The translations under genes and the position numbers were made by a program. A DNA stretch of 64,000 nucleotides. Source: Thermoplasmatota archaeon (lineage in GTDB: Archaea > Thermoplasmatota > E2 > JACPAO01 > JAHFTW01). Below, piece by piece: positions 29,117 to 44,161 of this stretch. Every line of letters begins with the position of its first letter. Position 1 is the first letter of the stretch. The notes beneath the pieces are model-generated. The model had not been told where the DNA came from, did no database searches, and saw nothing but the letters and a program-made list of their open reading frames with translations. The stretch is from NCBI GenBank assembly GCA_041601615.1, contig JBFIHX010000001.1, positions 288,001 through 352,000 of the forward strand, written 5' to 3'.

Positions 29117-29772
29117 ACGAACTGAACCTCCCACCGGGAATGAAGCCGATTCTCGTGGTCGAAGCCGCCCTGTTCTCCGCCGGCCGCAGCATCACCGTGG
29201 ACGAAATCATGGACGCCACCGGCCTCAAACGAGCCCAAGTGGAAAAGGCGGTCAAGGAACTCGCCGCCGTGTACGCCGAGCGCGACACCGTCCTCGAAGT
29301 GGGCAAAGCTGGCAAAGGATGGGGCATGCAAGTGCGCACCATCGCCGCCGAACCCGCCGCACGCTTTGCCCAAATGGAAATCCCGGCAAAGACCCTCAAA
29401 ACCCTCGCCCTCATCGCCTACCACCAGCCCATCAAACAATCCGAACTCTCGGACATGATTGGCTCCAAGGTCTACGACCACATCCCCGCCCTCAAGGAAC
29501 TGGGCCTCGTCAAGACCCGCCGCGACGGCCAGACCAAGATCCTCAGCGTCACGAGCCGCTTCCCCGAATACTTCGGACTCGACGCCGCAAGCCCCGACGA
29601 GATCCGGGCCCTCATGGCCAAGCTTGTGGGCATGGATGCGAAGGCTTCCAAGAAATCGAAGCCAAAGAAGGAGAAGGATCTTGGAAGCTTCCAGCAAGCG
29701 CCTGCCGTGGATGCGAATCCGGACAAACCAGAAGAATCAGCCACGCAAGCGCCGGCCCCGCACCAATCCTAG
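29113..29772 (+). CDS. scpB: SMC-ScpA accessory subunit ScpB
   Basis: VEAALF, LKTLALIAYHQPI and F.EYFGL; ATGA overlap with scpA. Confidence 0.93.
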   Translation: MNELNLPPGMKPILVVEAALFSAGRSITVDEIMDATGLKRAQVEKAVKELAAVYAERDTVLEVGKAGKGWGMQVRTIAAEPAARFAQMEIPAKTLKTLALIAYHQPIKQSELSDMIGSKVYDHIPALKELGLVKTRRDGQTKILSVTSRFPEYFGLDAASPDEIRALMAKLVGMDAKASKKSKPKKEKDLGSFQQAPAVDANPDKPEESATQAPAPHQS

Positions 29773-29921
29773 CTGGACACAACCCGCGCCAACCCACGCA
29801 GTCAGACCCGGCAGCCTCTGGGCTCTGCTAGCGCACGTTCTAGGCTGCCGGGCCAGTTCGAGCCCCACGGCGGCGACTTTTGCGGCCAGACGCCAAAAAA
29901 ACCGCCTTCCTGAGCCAATAG

Positions 29922-34638
<4,717 letters not shown>

Positions 34639-34682
34639 CTGCCCACCAAAATCCCTATCAGCAGCTACGCCCCCGTTCCGCC

Positions 34683-36785
34683 GTGCGCCACGCCCGGACC
34701 CTCGCCCTCCTCGCCCTCCTCCTTGTCGCACCCCTGCCCGGAATCCAAGCGGAACCGATCCAGATCCTCACGGACGACGCGGGAGACGTAGAGGCTGATA
34801 CTCTGGATGGCGCCTCGGCACCGCCAGGGAGCTTTGATCCAAGTGGCGCCGACCTGCTCAGCCTCACCATCGACGAATCCGACAAGAGCTTGCAATTCGT
34901 TCTGGCCGTCGGAAGCGTGGCCCCTGAGATCCAAGGCAGCGGCAACGCCCGATTCCAAGTCGAATTTTGGAACGCAGACCAAGCCTACCGAATCATCATC
35001 GAGCGCGACTCCCGAGTGGAAGGAAGCCACGCATACAACGCAGAATTGGAAGGGTTCGACGCAGGACGCGATCGGTTCGTGGGCTTGATGAGCACCGAGC
35101 TCGAAGTGGACCCAAGCGCCAACACCTACACTGTCCGTGTGCCCCGGGAGGCCCTCGTGGACGGCAACGGCACAGCACCCACGGCCGGGCGCGAATTGCG
35201 CCTGCTTCGAGTCCAATCCCAGGAATTTGTCAACGCCGGCCTCTTCGTAAGCATCGGCCTCATCCAAATGAGCGACGCCATGCCCGACAGTGGCACAAGC
35301 CTGCCCTACGCCGTCCAGCGAGGACTCGTCCAATCCGGCCACGCATTCCTCGCAAGCTCCGACCCCGTGCGCGCCAGCAACGGCGAAGAGGCGACCTTCC
35401 TCTACTACGTGGACGCATCCAATTTGGCCAGTGAAGACGACCGATTCGACTTGACCACCTCCAATGTTCCACAAGGCTGGAGCATCACCCTGCCCGCCTC
35501 CACCATCCGCATCGGCGGCAACCAAACCGTGCGCTTCCCCGTCCTCGTCACCACCCCCTTCAACCACCAACACGGAGCATTCGAGAACTTCATTCTCAGC
35601 ATGACCAGCCAACACGAAAAGTCCGCCGTGGGACGCCTCGAAATGGGCATCCGGTACCTCGCTGTGCCCCAACCCGCCGGTCACCACGACACGGTATGGA
35701 TCCATACCCGCCCCGCGGACCGAGCCAGCGACCTCACCTTTTGCCTGGGTTGCCCACCCACCACGATCGCCTACATGAACACCCTCGAAAACGACGACCG
35801 CGACGAGGGCATGCCGGCCTCCGGATCCAACAGCTTTCTGGGCACCGGACACTGGGCATGGAACATTTTCCTGGAACCGGGCCTCCAAATGGGACTCGAC
35901 TTCAACACCAACGACACCGGCGCAATCGAAGTAGGCTTCACAGCGCCCCTCTCCGTCAACAACGCCGTACTTTCCGGGCGGCTCACCCATTATGCCGCCA
36001 TCGAAGACCCGGACGGCCGCACCCGCCTGGAGCGCACCATTCTTGCAGAAATCCTAGAAACCACGCCCCGTGACCTCCAAGGCGACGTGCTCTTGGACAC
36101 CATCCTCATCCCGACCGCCGCCTCCGACTTCGTGCGCTACAATTCCCGCGCCGCATTGGCACTGGAGCTGGATCTGGACGGCGACATGCCCACCGTAGGC
36201 GGCACCGAAGAACAAACGCAGCCCCACCTCACCGGCGGCACCATGCAATTGCCCCTCCTCGAATACCGCGACCCCGTGGACGACGTTTTCTCGGAACTTG
36301 CCGGCCTGACATTGCGCCACGCCGACCGCGCCGAAAAATTCGTCAACCCCGGCGAAACAGTGCTCTTCAACCTCACGCTGCAAAACGAAGGCGCCATCGA
36401 CGACGTGTTCGAAATCCGCGTCAATGGCACCAACCAAGCATGGGCACGGGTGCTCGGCGACCAGCGCATCTTCGTGGGCACCGGCAACGAACGCCATGTT
36501 GTGGTCGCCATTTCGCCTCCAATGGACGCCCCCGACGGAGCCGTGGTGGACCTCGTCGTCACTGTCGCCAGTCTTGCCGAACCCACCGTGCAAGGCAACA
36601 TTCGCGTCGTTGCCACTGTGGACGATTTGGTGGATCGCACCGATGAAGGGTTCCTTGTTCAAGACGCCGAATCCCGGCTCCACGAAAACAAGAAAAGCCC
36701 CGGCACGGGTACCATCGTGATGATTGCCTTGCTTGGCGCCATTGCTTGCACAAGGCGACGCCAGAGGGAACCATCCTCTGGCTAA
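34683..36785 (+). CDS. Secreted/surface beta-sandwich protein, paralog 1, with PGF-CTERM-like anchor
   Basis: Signal peptide, Ig/NEW3-like repeats, PQPAGHHD motif and C-terminal KKSPG + TM + RRR. Confidence 0.8.
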   Translation: MRHARTLALLALLLVAPLPGIQAEPIQILTDDAGDVEADTLDGASAPPGSFDPSGADLLSLTIDESDKSLQFVLAVGSVAPEIQGSGNARFQVEFWNADQAYRIIIERDSRVEGSHAYNAELEGFDAGRDRFVGLMSTELEVDPSANTYTVRVPREALVDGNGTAPTAGRELRLLRVQSQEFVNAGLFVSIGLIQMSDAMPDSGTSLPYAVQRGLVQSGHAFLASSDPVRASNGEEATFLYYVDASNLASEDDRFDLTTSNVPQGWSITLPASTIRIGGNQTVRFPVLVTTPFNHQHGAFENFILSMTSQHEKSAVGRLEMGIRYLAVPQPAGHHDTVWIHTRPADRASDLTFCLGCPPTTIAYMNTLENDDRDEGMPASGSNSFLGTGHWAWNIFLEPGLQMGLDFNTNDTGAIEVGFTAPLSVNNAVLSGRLTHYAAIEDPDGRTRLERTILAEILETTPRDLQGDVLLDTILIPTAASDFVRYNSRAALALELDLDGDMPTVGGTEEQTQPHLTGGTMQLPLLEYRDPVDDVFSELAGLTLRHADRAEKFVNPGETVLFNLTLQNEGAIDDVFEIRVNGTNQAWARVLGDQRIFVGTGNERHVVVAISPPMDAPDGAVVDLVVTVASLAEPTVQGNIRVVATVDDLVDRTDEGFLVQDAESRLHENKKSPGTGTIVMIALLGAIACTRRRQREPSSG

Positions 36786-36838
36786 GTTCGACCAGGCCAC
36801 CAGGGTCCTTAAGTATCGGAATTGCAGGGTCATCCTTG

Positions 36839-38953
36839 ATGCGTACCCTCCCGGTGCTGTTGCTTGTTGCACTGATGATTCCCATACCTGTGATTGCCCA
36901 GGATGCGCCCGCTTTGCTCGAAGACCCAGAAGGCGACGTGCAGATCCACATTTTTGACAGCACCACCACCGCGGCCCCCTCCGGCCTCGGTGAACAGGCA
37001 GACCTGCGTTTCCTTCGCATCGAGGAAGACCGAACCGACCTCACGTTCACCGTCGGCCTCGCATCCGTGGACACCGCCGAGGAAATCAGCCTGGCAGTCA
37101 ACGTACTTTTCCAATTCAACGGCCGCGACATGGGGCTGCGCTTCAACCGCTTCGAGGCGGTCATGGACGGCGCCCGTGCGACCTTGTACCAAACCGATCC
37201 CGGTAGTGGATTTTCCTATGCAGTAGAACAATGGCCCGCGATTGTGGACGAAGCGGCCGCAACGCTCGCCGTGGAAGTGCCCCGCAACCTCATCGTGGAT
37301 ATGCAAGGCAACACTCCGGGGCCCGGAACAAGCCTCACCGGCATCCACGTCACCAGCGACCTGAACCAGTTTTTTTCCTTCGATGGCGAAGGCAGCACCG
37401 GCTCTCTCCAAGACAAAATGGGCACCGACGCCCCCGCCGAATTGCCCATCCTCATGGGCCTCGAACAGACCGGCCACGCCCGCCTCCACGCAGCCACCCC
37501 ATTCCGAGCCAGCAACGGTGAGGCGACCACGTTCGTTTTCGAAGTGGAAGCCAGCAACCTTGGCACCGAATCGGATATCTTCAGCCTCAAAGTACTCGGC
37601 GCTCCCAACAATTGGGAAGTCACCACGCCCACCCAAAACTTGCGCCTGGAGCCCAACGAAACCCAGACTGTACCCGTCGTGGTTCGCACCGCGTTCGTGC
37701 ACGCCCACGGCAAGGCCACGGCGTTCGTCCTAGCAATGCACAGCGAAACCGACCCGGGAAGCATCGGTCGCGTCGAACTTGGTGTACGCTACCCCGAGAT
37801 TCCACAGCCCGCCGGCCACCACGACACCCTGTGGTTGCATAGCTACCAGGCAGGTAACGGCGTAAGCAGCCTTTCCAGCTTGATTCTCCGCGAAGCACTG
37901 CTTGGCAGCGGCACCCAGGACCTTCTCACGATGAACGGCGTCGAAAACGACGATGCAGACGACGGCATTGCCGTCAAGGGAAACTGGTGCGGCAACCCCG
38001 ACAACAGCAGCATCCCCTTCGCCCCGCTGTTCTGCTGGCCCGTGTACCTCGCCCCCGGCCTCGAAATGGGACTCGACTTTGACCTCTCCCGCGAAGGCAG
38101 CATCTCCTTCCCGGTCCACAGCCTCATCCCCGCGCCGCACCGCATCCAAGGCCAGCTCCTCTGGCAGGGCCCACTCGAGAACCCCGACCCTGCCCGTCCC
38201 TTCCAAACTGTCCGGGAAACCATCGTCCTAGCCAACCTGGTAGGAGACTGGACCGACATCGGCCTCAATGGCCAGGCCATCCTGGAAGCGCGCATCGTTG
38301 CGACCCCCGAAGCCGACCTCATCGAGTACACGCCCGGCACCGCCTTCCTGCTCGACCTCCAGGTCGCCGCAGACCGCCCCGACAACTTCTTTTTGGGACC
38401 CAAAGCCGACAAACCCGACATCATGCCCGGCGGCTCCCTGCAACTGCCCCTCCTGGAGTACGAGGACCCCGTGGGCGACGTGTTCGACGCCGGCGGCCTC
38501 GTCTCCCTGCGCGCCGACGTGCAAGAAAAACTGGTCAACCCCGGCAAGACCGTCGTCTTCAACGTCACCGTCGAAAACCTCAGCCCCCGCTCCGAAACCT
38601 ACGTGGCCCGGCTCGTCGGCAGCAACGAAGCATGGGGCAGCATCCTCGGAAGCACACGCATCAGCATGGCTGGCAACGGCAGCGCACGGCTTTCCATTGC
38701 AGTCACCGCCCCCGAGGACGCCGCGGACGGCGACCGCGCAGACCTATTGCTCGAAGTGGCAAGCACACGCGACCTCGACGGCCGCGGCCTCATCCGACTC
38801 GTCACCACCGTCGACACCGACGCCGAACACCCAGACGAGGCAACCACCGCCAAAGATCTCAACCACGTGCCAAACAAAAAGAGCCCCGGCGCCCCCCTCG
38901 AGGCAGTCCTTGTTGCTTGTGCCGCCCTCGCCGTGCTGCGCCGCCGCTTCTAA
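36839..38953 (+). CDS. Secreted/surface beta-sandwich protein, paralog 2, with PGF-CTERM-like anchor
   Basis: Collinear with paralog 1 ([44 protein letters not shown]). CTTAAGTA box at 36808. Confidence 0.8.
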   Translation: MRTLPVLLLVALMIPIPVIAQDAPALLEDPEGDVQIHIFDSTTTAAPSGLGEQADLRFLRIEEDRTDLTFTVGLASVDTAEEISLAVNVLFQFNGRDMGLRFNRFEAVMDGARATLYQTDPGSGFSYAVEQWPAIVDEAAATLAVEVPRNLIVDMQGNTPGPGTSLTGIHVTSDLNQFFSFDGEGSTGSLQDKMGTDAPAELPILMGLEQTGHARLHAATPFRASNGEATTFVFEVEASNLGTESDIFSLKVLGAPNNWEVTTPTQNLRLEPNETQTVPVVVRTAFVHAHGKATAFVLAMHSETDPGSIGRVELGVRYPEIPQPAGHHDTLWLHSYQAGNGVSSLSSLILREALLGSGTQDLLTMNGVENDDADDGIAVKGNWCGNPDNSSIPFAPLFCWPVYLAPGLEMGLDFDLSREGSISFPVHSLIPAPHRIQGQLLWQGPLENPDPARPFQTVRETIVLANLVGDWTDIGLNGQAILEARIVATPEADLIEYTPGTAFLLDLQVAADRPDNFFLGPKADKPDIMPGGSLQLPLLEYEDPVGDVFDAGGLVSLRADVQEKLVNPGKTVVFNVTVENLSPRSETYVARLVGSNEAWGSILGSTRISMAGNGSARLSIAVTAPEDAADGDRADLLLEVASTRDLDGRGLIRLVTTVDTDAEHPDEATTAKDLNHVPNKKSPGAPLEAVLVACAALAVLRRRF

Positions 38954-39024
38954 GCCCAACCAAGGGCCACCAAACCCGGCTTGGCGTCGTGGGGTTCATA
39001 TCAGGCCCACGGCTGGGCAACGCA

Positions 39025-39444
39025 ATGACGGACCGACCGATCCGCGTGCTTGTCGCCAAGCCTGGCCTCGATGGCCACGACCGAGGCGCCAAAGTGGTCG
39101 CCCGCGCCCTGCGGGACGCCGGCTTCGAGGTCATTTACACCGGCCTTCGCCAAACCCCCGCCCAGATTGCCAGTGCCGCGATCCAAGAAGACGTGGACCT
39201 CGTGGGCCTCAGTTGCCTCAGCGGTGCCCACAACACCCTGTTTCCCCGCATCAAGCAGCTCCTGGTGGACGAGGGCGCCGAGGATGTCATCGTGTTTGGT
39301 GGCGGCATCATCCCCGACGACGATGCCGTGACCCTCAAGGGCAAAGGCATCGAAGCGGTGTTCGGCCCCGGCACCGACACTCGGGACATCGTGAAGTTCA
39401 TCGAGCAACACCCCCGGTTTGCCGCCCGGTTCGCCGAGGCATAA
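39025..39444 (+). CDS. Methylmalonyl-CoA mutase, cobalamin-binding small subunit
   Basis: [12 protein letters not shown] (DxHxxG), GLS and GGIIP motifs. Confidence 0.93.
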   Translation: MTDRPIRVLVAKPGLDGHDRGAKVVARALRDAGFEVIYTGLRQTPAQIASAAIQEDVDLVGLSCLSGAHNTLFPRIKQLLVDEGAEDVIVFGGGIIPDDDAVTLKGKGIEAVFGPGTDTRDIVKFIEQHPRFAARFAEA

Positions 39445-39449
39445 CCCCC

Positions 39450-40403
39450 ATGGTCCTGGACCTTGTCGCAGGCGTTCGAGAAGGCAACCGGCGCGCCGTG
39501 GCCCGACTCCTCACTCTCGTCGAGAGCCACACCCCCGAGGCCGTGGACGCCTTGCGCGCCTTGCACGATTTGATCGGCCGCGCCCACGTCATCGGCGTCA
39601 CCGGCAGCCCAGGCACCGGCAAGTCCACCCTCACCGACCGCCTCATCGAACACTACCGCCGCGAAGGCAAACGCGTCGCGGTCATGGCCGTGGATCCTTC
39701 CAGCCCCTTCACCGGCGGCGCCATCCTTGGCGACCGCATCCGCATGCAGCACCGCAGCACCGATCCCGGCGTATTCATTCGCAGCATCGGCACCCGCGGA
39801 GCCCTCGGCGGCCTCTCCGCATCCACCGGCGACGCCGTGAAAGTGCTCGATGCCGCAGGCTACGACGTAATCATCGTCGAAACCGTCGGCGTCGGCCAAG
39901 CCGAAGTGGACGTAATCCGCCTTGCCGACACGGTCTGCGTGGTGCTGGTGCCGAACCTTGGCGACGACGTGCAAGCCGTCAAAGCGGGGGTCATGGAAAT
40001 TGCCGACGTATTCGTGGTCAACAAATCCGATCTTGACGGCAGCGACAAGGTCCACGCGGAAGTGGAGGCAAGCATGAACCTCGGCCACCCTGACGAGGAC
40101 GATTTCTGGTGGCCGCCCATTGTGCGCACCGTCGCCGAAAAAGGCACCGGAGTCTCCGAGCTTGCCGCCGCCGTGGGCGAGCACCGCGCCTGGGCCGAAC
40201 GAACCGGCCACTGGCACAAGCGCCGCTTGCAACGGATGCGCCGCCAAGTACGCGACCTGTTGCAAAGATCCGTCGTGGAGTTTGCATTCAAAGGGGAAGA
40301 ACCACGCCCGGCGTTCTTGCCGTGGTTTGAGCAGGCGCAAGCAGGGGACGCCGCACCTCAGGATGTCGCGGACCAAATTCTTGCTGCCTACAAGCAATCG
40401 TAG
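39450..40403 (+). CDS. meaB: MeaB/ArgK GTPase metallochaperone
   Basis: GSPGTGKST, AVDPSSPFTGGAILGDRIRM, ETVGVGQ and NKSD. Confidence 0.95.
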   Translation: MVLDLVAGVREGNRRAVARLLTLVESHTPEAVDALRALHDLIGRAHVIGVTGSPGTGKSTLTDRLIEHYRREGKRVAVMAVDPSSPFTGGAILGDRIRMQHRSTDPGVFIRSIGTRGALGGLSASTGDAVKVLDAAGYDVIIVETVGVGQAEVDVIRLADTVCVVLVPNLGDDVQAVKAGVMEIADVFVVNKSDLDGSDKVHAEVEASMNLGHPDEDDFWWPPIVRTVAEKGTGVSELAAAVGEHRAWAERTGHWHKRRLQRMRRQVRDLLQRSVVEFAFKGEEPRPAFLPWFEQAQAGDAAPQDVADQILAAYKQS

Positions 40404-40535
40404 GTACGGCCACGGGCCAAAAACCTGCACCGATCGCGGGAAGCTTCGCGAAGGCGAGGAACAAAGGCGGAAGGAGAGGGAAAGATCGGGGAAAGAGAAA
40501 GGGAAAAAACGGGCCAAGCCCGCTGCAAGCTTCGA

Positions 40536-41279
40536 TTAAGCCGTGCTCTTGGCAAAGCTGCGCCAGACGAGCAAGGCGACAAACGCCATGCCGCTAATTC
40601 CCAGCACCGGACCCCAGGGGAACACAGCCCCAGTAGGCGCGCCGGGCGTCTGGCCGTTGGGCTGCGCAAGGGACTGCAATTCGGCAATACCATCCGCATC
40701 CTCGTCGCCGTAGACAATGAGAATCTCGTAGCCATCCGGCACCTGCATCTTGTCCAACTTGGCAATGGAAATCTGCGTCCAGTTGCCCTGCCACGGCTTT
40801 TGCCAAGCCGTGAGCTTGTGGGTTTCGTTGACCGTGTGCGTGCCGCCCCAGCCTTGTTCGGCGTGGTAGGAGCCACTCAAGACGAGCTTGTCCGGACTCA
40901 TGTTCATGTCAACGCGTTCCAGTGCCGCGCTGTACTTGATGCACTCCTTGCTCGTCGGCTCAAAGTGCCATAGAGATTCACTGCCACGGTGCATGTGGGT
41001 CTTCACAGGCATGGTGCCGCCTTCAAGCGTGTACTGGGGGTTGCCGGTGAACGTCACGCGCTCGCCGTTCACATACAGCGTCATGGTGCTGTGCCAGTGG
41101 CCGGGGCAATCCGCAACATTGTCGGCTGCTGTGACATTGTACGCCACGATGCCACCCCACAGGAGGATGATCACCAGGGGAACTCGGTATTTCTTGAAGG
41201 AGAAGCCAGACTTGGCGCCTTCTTTGTGCTGTTCTGCGCGCTGGCGGCGCCGTTCTCGTACATCCGTTTCGTCTGACAT
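40536..41279 (-). CDS. Membrane-anchored His-rich extracellular protein (CPGHWH family), paralog 1
   Basis: N- and C-terminal TM helices flanking CPGHWH...HMH...WHFE...C. Confidence 0.75.
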   Translation of the reverse strand: MSDETDVRERRRQRAEQHKEGAKSGFSFKKYRVPLVIILLWGGIVAYNVTAADNVADCPGHWHSTMTLYVNGERVTFTGNPQYTLEGGTMPVKTHMHRGSESLWHFEPTSKECIKYSAALERVDMNMSPDKLVLSGSYHAEQGWGGTHTVNETHKLTAWQKPWQGNWTQISIAKLDKMQVPDGYEILIVYGDEDADGIAELQSLAQPNGQTPGAPTGAVFPWGPVLGISGMAFVALLVWRSFAKSTA

Positions 41280-41283
41280 GGGT

Positions 41284-42426
41284 TCACTCCTTGAGTAGGT
41301 GATTGGAGATCACAAGGCGCTGAATTTCACTCGTGCCTTCGTAGATCTCCGTGATCTTTGCATCGCGGAAGTGTCGTTCCACGGGATAATCCTTGGTGTA
41401 GCCGTTGCCGCCATGGATCTGAATCGCATCGGTTGCAGCCCACATGGCGGTCTCGCTGGCGTAGACCTTGGCCATGCTGGCTTCTTTGCTGTAGCGCGCA
41501 CCCGCATCCTTCAGACCGGCGGCGCGGTGGATCAGCAAGCGGCTGGCGTCGATGCGCGTCGCCATGTCCGCGAGTTTCCATTGGATTGCCTGGTTGGCTC
41601 CGATGGGTTTGCCAAACTGGTGCCGTTCCTTGGCGTAGGATAGGCTTGCCTCGAAAGCGGCACGGGCGATGCCCAACGCCTGGGACGCGATGCCGAGGCG
41701 GCCGCCGTCCAGGGTCTTCATGGCAATCTTGAAGCCCTCGCCTTCGGGGCCCAAGCGGTTTTCGACTGGCACATGGACGTTTTCAAAGAAGAGGGGGCAG
41801 CAGGGGGCACCTCGAATGCCGAGTTTGTCCTCGGTCTTGCCGATTTCAAAGCCATCCATGCCTTTCTCCACGATGAAGGCGCTCTGGCCCTTGTGCTTGG
41901 CGGCCTTGTCGGTCTGCGCAAACACAATGTAGGTCTCGGCGGGCCCGGCGTTGGTGATGAACAGCTTTTGGCCGTTCAGGACGTAGTGGTCGCCCTCTCG
42001 GACGGCCGTGGTGCCCATGCTGACCACGTCGCTGCCGGCGTTGGGCTCGGTTAAGCCATAGGCGCCGATGCGCTTGCCTTGCAGCATGTCCGTAAGGTAG
42101 CGTTCATGCTGGTCCTCGTTGCCGTAGGTAAACAAGGGCCAGCCGGAAAGGGAGTTGTTGACACTTGCGATGACGCCCGTGGAAGCACAGCCTCGGCTGA
42201 GTTCCTCAATGGCGATGCAGTAGCTGACCATGTCGGTGCCGGCGCCGCCTTTCTCCGCTGGGAAGTTCATGCCCATCAGGCCGAGCGCCGACATTTCGGC
42301 GATGAGGTCGGCAGGAAACAGGTGCTCCTCGTCGATTTTTGCTGCCATGGGTGCCACTCGGCGATCCGAGAACTCGGCGACCATGTTGCGAATCATGTCG
42401 TGCTCTGGGCTTTCGCGCAGGTCCAC
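41284..42426 (-). CDS. Acyl-CoA dehydrogenase (butyryl-CoA dehydrogenase-like)
   Basis: LTEPNAGSD, LNGQKLFITN, KLGIRG, RHQFGKPI and IYEGTSEIQ. Start GTG 42426 with a TTTATC box upstream. Confidence 0.95.
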   Translation of the reverse strand: MDLRESPEHDMIRNMVAEFSDRRVAPMAAKIDEEHLFPADLIAEMSALGLMGMNFPAEKGGAGTDMVSYCIAIEELSRGCASTGVIASVNNSLSGWPLFTYGNEDQHERYLTDMLQGKRIGAYGLTEPNAGSDVVSMGTTAVREGDHYVLNGQKLFITNAGPAETYIVFAQTDKAAKHKGQSAFIVEKGMDGFEIGKTEDKLGIRGAPCCPLFFENVHVPVENRLGPEGEGFKIAMKTLDGGRLGIASQALGIARAAFEASLSYAKERHQFGKPIGANQAIQWKLADMATRIDASRLLIHRAAGLKDAGARYSKEASMAKVYASETAMWAATDAIQIHGGNGYTKDYPVERHFRDAKITEIYEGTSEIQRLVISNHLLKE

Positions 42427-42545
42427 GACGGCGCCACCGGGAGGCGGTTGATAAAGGGGTTGACCAATCCTCGCTATGGCCCAACTCGGCCTTTTCGCAT
42501 CACTTGGAGCCCCCTCGGCCCCATTGCTTGCTGCGAGATCCAAGG

Positions 42546-43106
42546 TTAGCGAGGCTGCATTTTGTTGGGTTGTGCCTGCTGTTGGAATTCAACCACGTCG
42601 TTGGCATCGTACTTTCCAAACAACACAAGGACTTCCGAGCCATCCGAGACTTGGGACGCGACCAATTCTTTGATGGAAATCGGCGTCCATTCTCCTTGCC
42701 AGGAGCGAATCCACGCTTGCAATTGCATACCGTTGCCCTCCGAGTACGTTGCATTCAGCTCGTTTTCAAGGTAGTAGGTGCTTGCAAATTCGAGTCGGCC
42801 AGGCTCTAGCTGAATGTCAATGACCGCCAATGCATCGGCCATCGGAATGCACTCCGTCCCGGTGTTTGGTTCGAAGTGCCAAAGCGACTCGGCTCCTCGA
42901 TGCATGTGGGTTCGTACAGGCATCGTGCCGCCCTCCAGCGTGTATGCCGGATTAGGAGTGAACAAAACCCGCTCGCCGTGCACAAAGAGCGTGAAGGTGC
43001 TGTGCCAATGGCCTGGACAGTCCACTTCCTCGGCCGGTGCAGACAGAGACTCAATACAACCGGGCAACAAAAGCGACAGGGCGGCCCCAAGTAGCAGAAT
43101 TCGCAT
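42546..43106 (-). CDS. Lipoprotein of the CPGHWH family, paralog 2
   Basis: MRILLLGAALSLLLPGC lipobox; domain highly similar to 40536-41279. Confidence 0.75.
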   Translation of the reverse strand: MRILLLGAALSLLLPGCIESLSAPAEEVDCPGHWHSTFTLFVHGERVLFTPNPAYTLEGGTMPVRTHMHRGAESLWHFEPNTGTECIPMADALAVIDIQLEPGRLEFASTYYLENELNATYSEGNGMQLQAWIRSWQGEWTPISIKELVASQVSDGSEVLVLFGKYDANDVVEFQQQAQPNKMQPR

Positions 43107-43231
43107 GTCCTTGAGAGCAAGCGACATGATTTCTAGCTGCCGACAAATCAAATCCGTCGCCCAATCCGGAGCTTGAGTCGTTTCACCGACCCTTGCAAGG
43201 CCCTGAAACTCCGGAGCACCATGCAGAATTT

Positions 43232-43606
43232 GTGGTTGCATGGCCCCTTCCGATCTTGGCATTGATTGTCGTGTCCGGAGCATGGCTCCTGACCCTGCTC
43301 CTTCTATCGGCCTGGATCCGACGCCTCCGCCGATCCCTTTGCGCATTGGACAGCGCCAAGCGCAGCCAGAGCGCTCGCTACGGCCAAATCGCGGAGCAAT
43401 TCATTCCCTTCTCCACTGCTTGGCCGTGGGACCCCAAACGATTTCGGTTTCTCGGTGACCCCATCGACGGCGTGCAATTCACCGACGAAGGTATCGTACT
43501 CGTGGAAATCAAAAGCGCCAGAAGCCGCCTCAGCACCGTGCAGCGGCAGGTACGAGATCATGTCCGAGCAGGGCGTGTCTCGTGGCAGGAAATCCGGATT
43601 GAATGA
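43232..43606 (+). CDS. Holliday junction resolvase-like endonuclease (Endonuc_Holl) with N-terminal TM
   Basis: GQIAEQFIPF, RFLGDPIDG and VEIKS PD-(D/E)xK motifs. Confidence 0.85.
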   Translation: MVAWPLPILALIVVSGAWLLTLLLLSAWIRRLRRSLCALDSAKRSQSARYGQIAEQFIPFSTAWPWDPKRFRFLGDPIDGVQFTDEGIVLVEIKSARSRLSTVQRQVRDHVRAGRVSWQEIRIE

Positions 43607-43618
43607 AGGAGGCAGCGC

Positions 43619-44056
43619 TCAGGCTTCGATTGCCACGGGCCCCCAGCGAGCCAGCAAAGCCCGCAGTTGAGCGACCAAATCTTCGAACCGATCAGGTTTC
43701 TCAAAAACGTCTCTAGCCCCTGCAAGCAAGACTCGATGGCGCTCTGCTGCTGCCACCGCGCCCGAATAGACCACCACCGGGCACGTCGGTAGCCCAGCAA
43801 TCGATTGGACCGCCGCCAGCACCGCCACCGCCCCGATTCCCGCGGGCCTCATGTCGAGAAGCACAAAGCACGGCATACAGCCTCTCTCCCAGGAGGCCAA
43901 GAGCCGTCCAGCCACAACATCTCCCGATCGTTCGTGCAAGCAAACAAGCTCCGAGGAAACAATTTTCAATCCACGCTGCACCAGATCCGCCATCAAGGGA
44001 TCGTCCTCCACCATCAACACCCACGGCCCCGAGGGCAGCTCAAGCGAAGCGTCCAT
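43619..44056 (-). CDS. Single-domain response regulator
   Basis: VEDD, LLD phospho-acceptor and KP motifs. Confidence 0.82.
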   Translation of the reverse strand: MDASLELPSGPWVLMVEDDPLMADLVQRGLKIVSSELVCLHERSGDVVAGRLLASWERGCMPCFVLLDMRPAGIGAVAVLAAVQSIAGLPTCPVVVYSGAVAAAERHRVLLAGARDVFEKPDRFEDLVAQLRALLARWGPVAIEA

Positions 44057-44161
44057 CGAGAGGCAGAACAAAGTCTCCGGGTAACCCTTGCCCCACCCGG
44101 CGCACGCAACGCGCAAACGTCTTTCCCTCCGGAACATTCGCCGAATACGGAAGCCTAGGCC

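Noticed and set aside
40440-40512. Purine-rich tract (also C/T tracts at 5374-5415 and 16300-16332) as triplex DNA or a small ORF
   Set aside because: These are most simply pyrimidine-rich terminator regions downstream of genes. No clear mirror symmetry was seen.
39025-42426. Mutase/MeaB and acyl-CoA dehydrogenase as PKS precursor-supply or epoxyketone-tailoring genes
   Set aside because: They are 10 kb or more away, separated by core genes, and look like housekeeping acyl-CoA catabolism. The PKS AT is malonyl-type rather than methylmalonyl-type.
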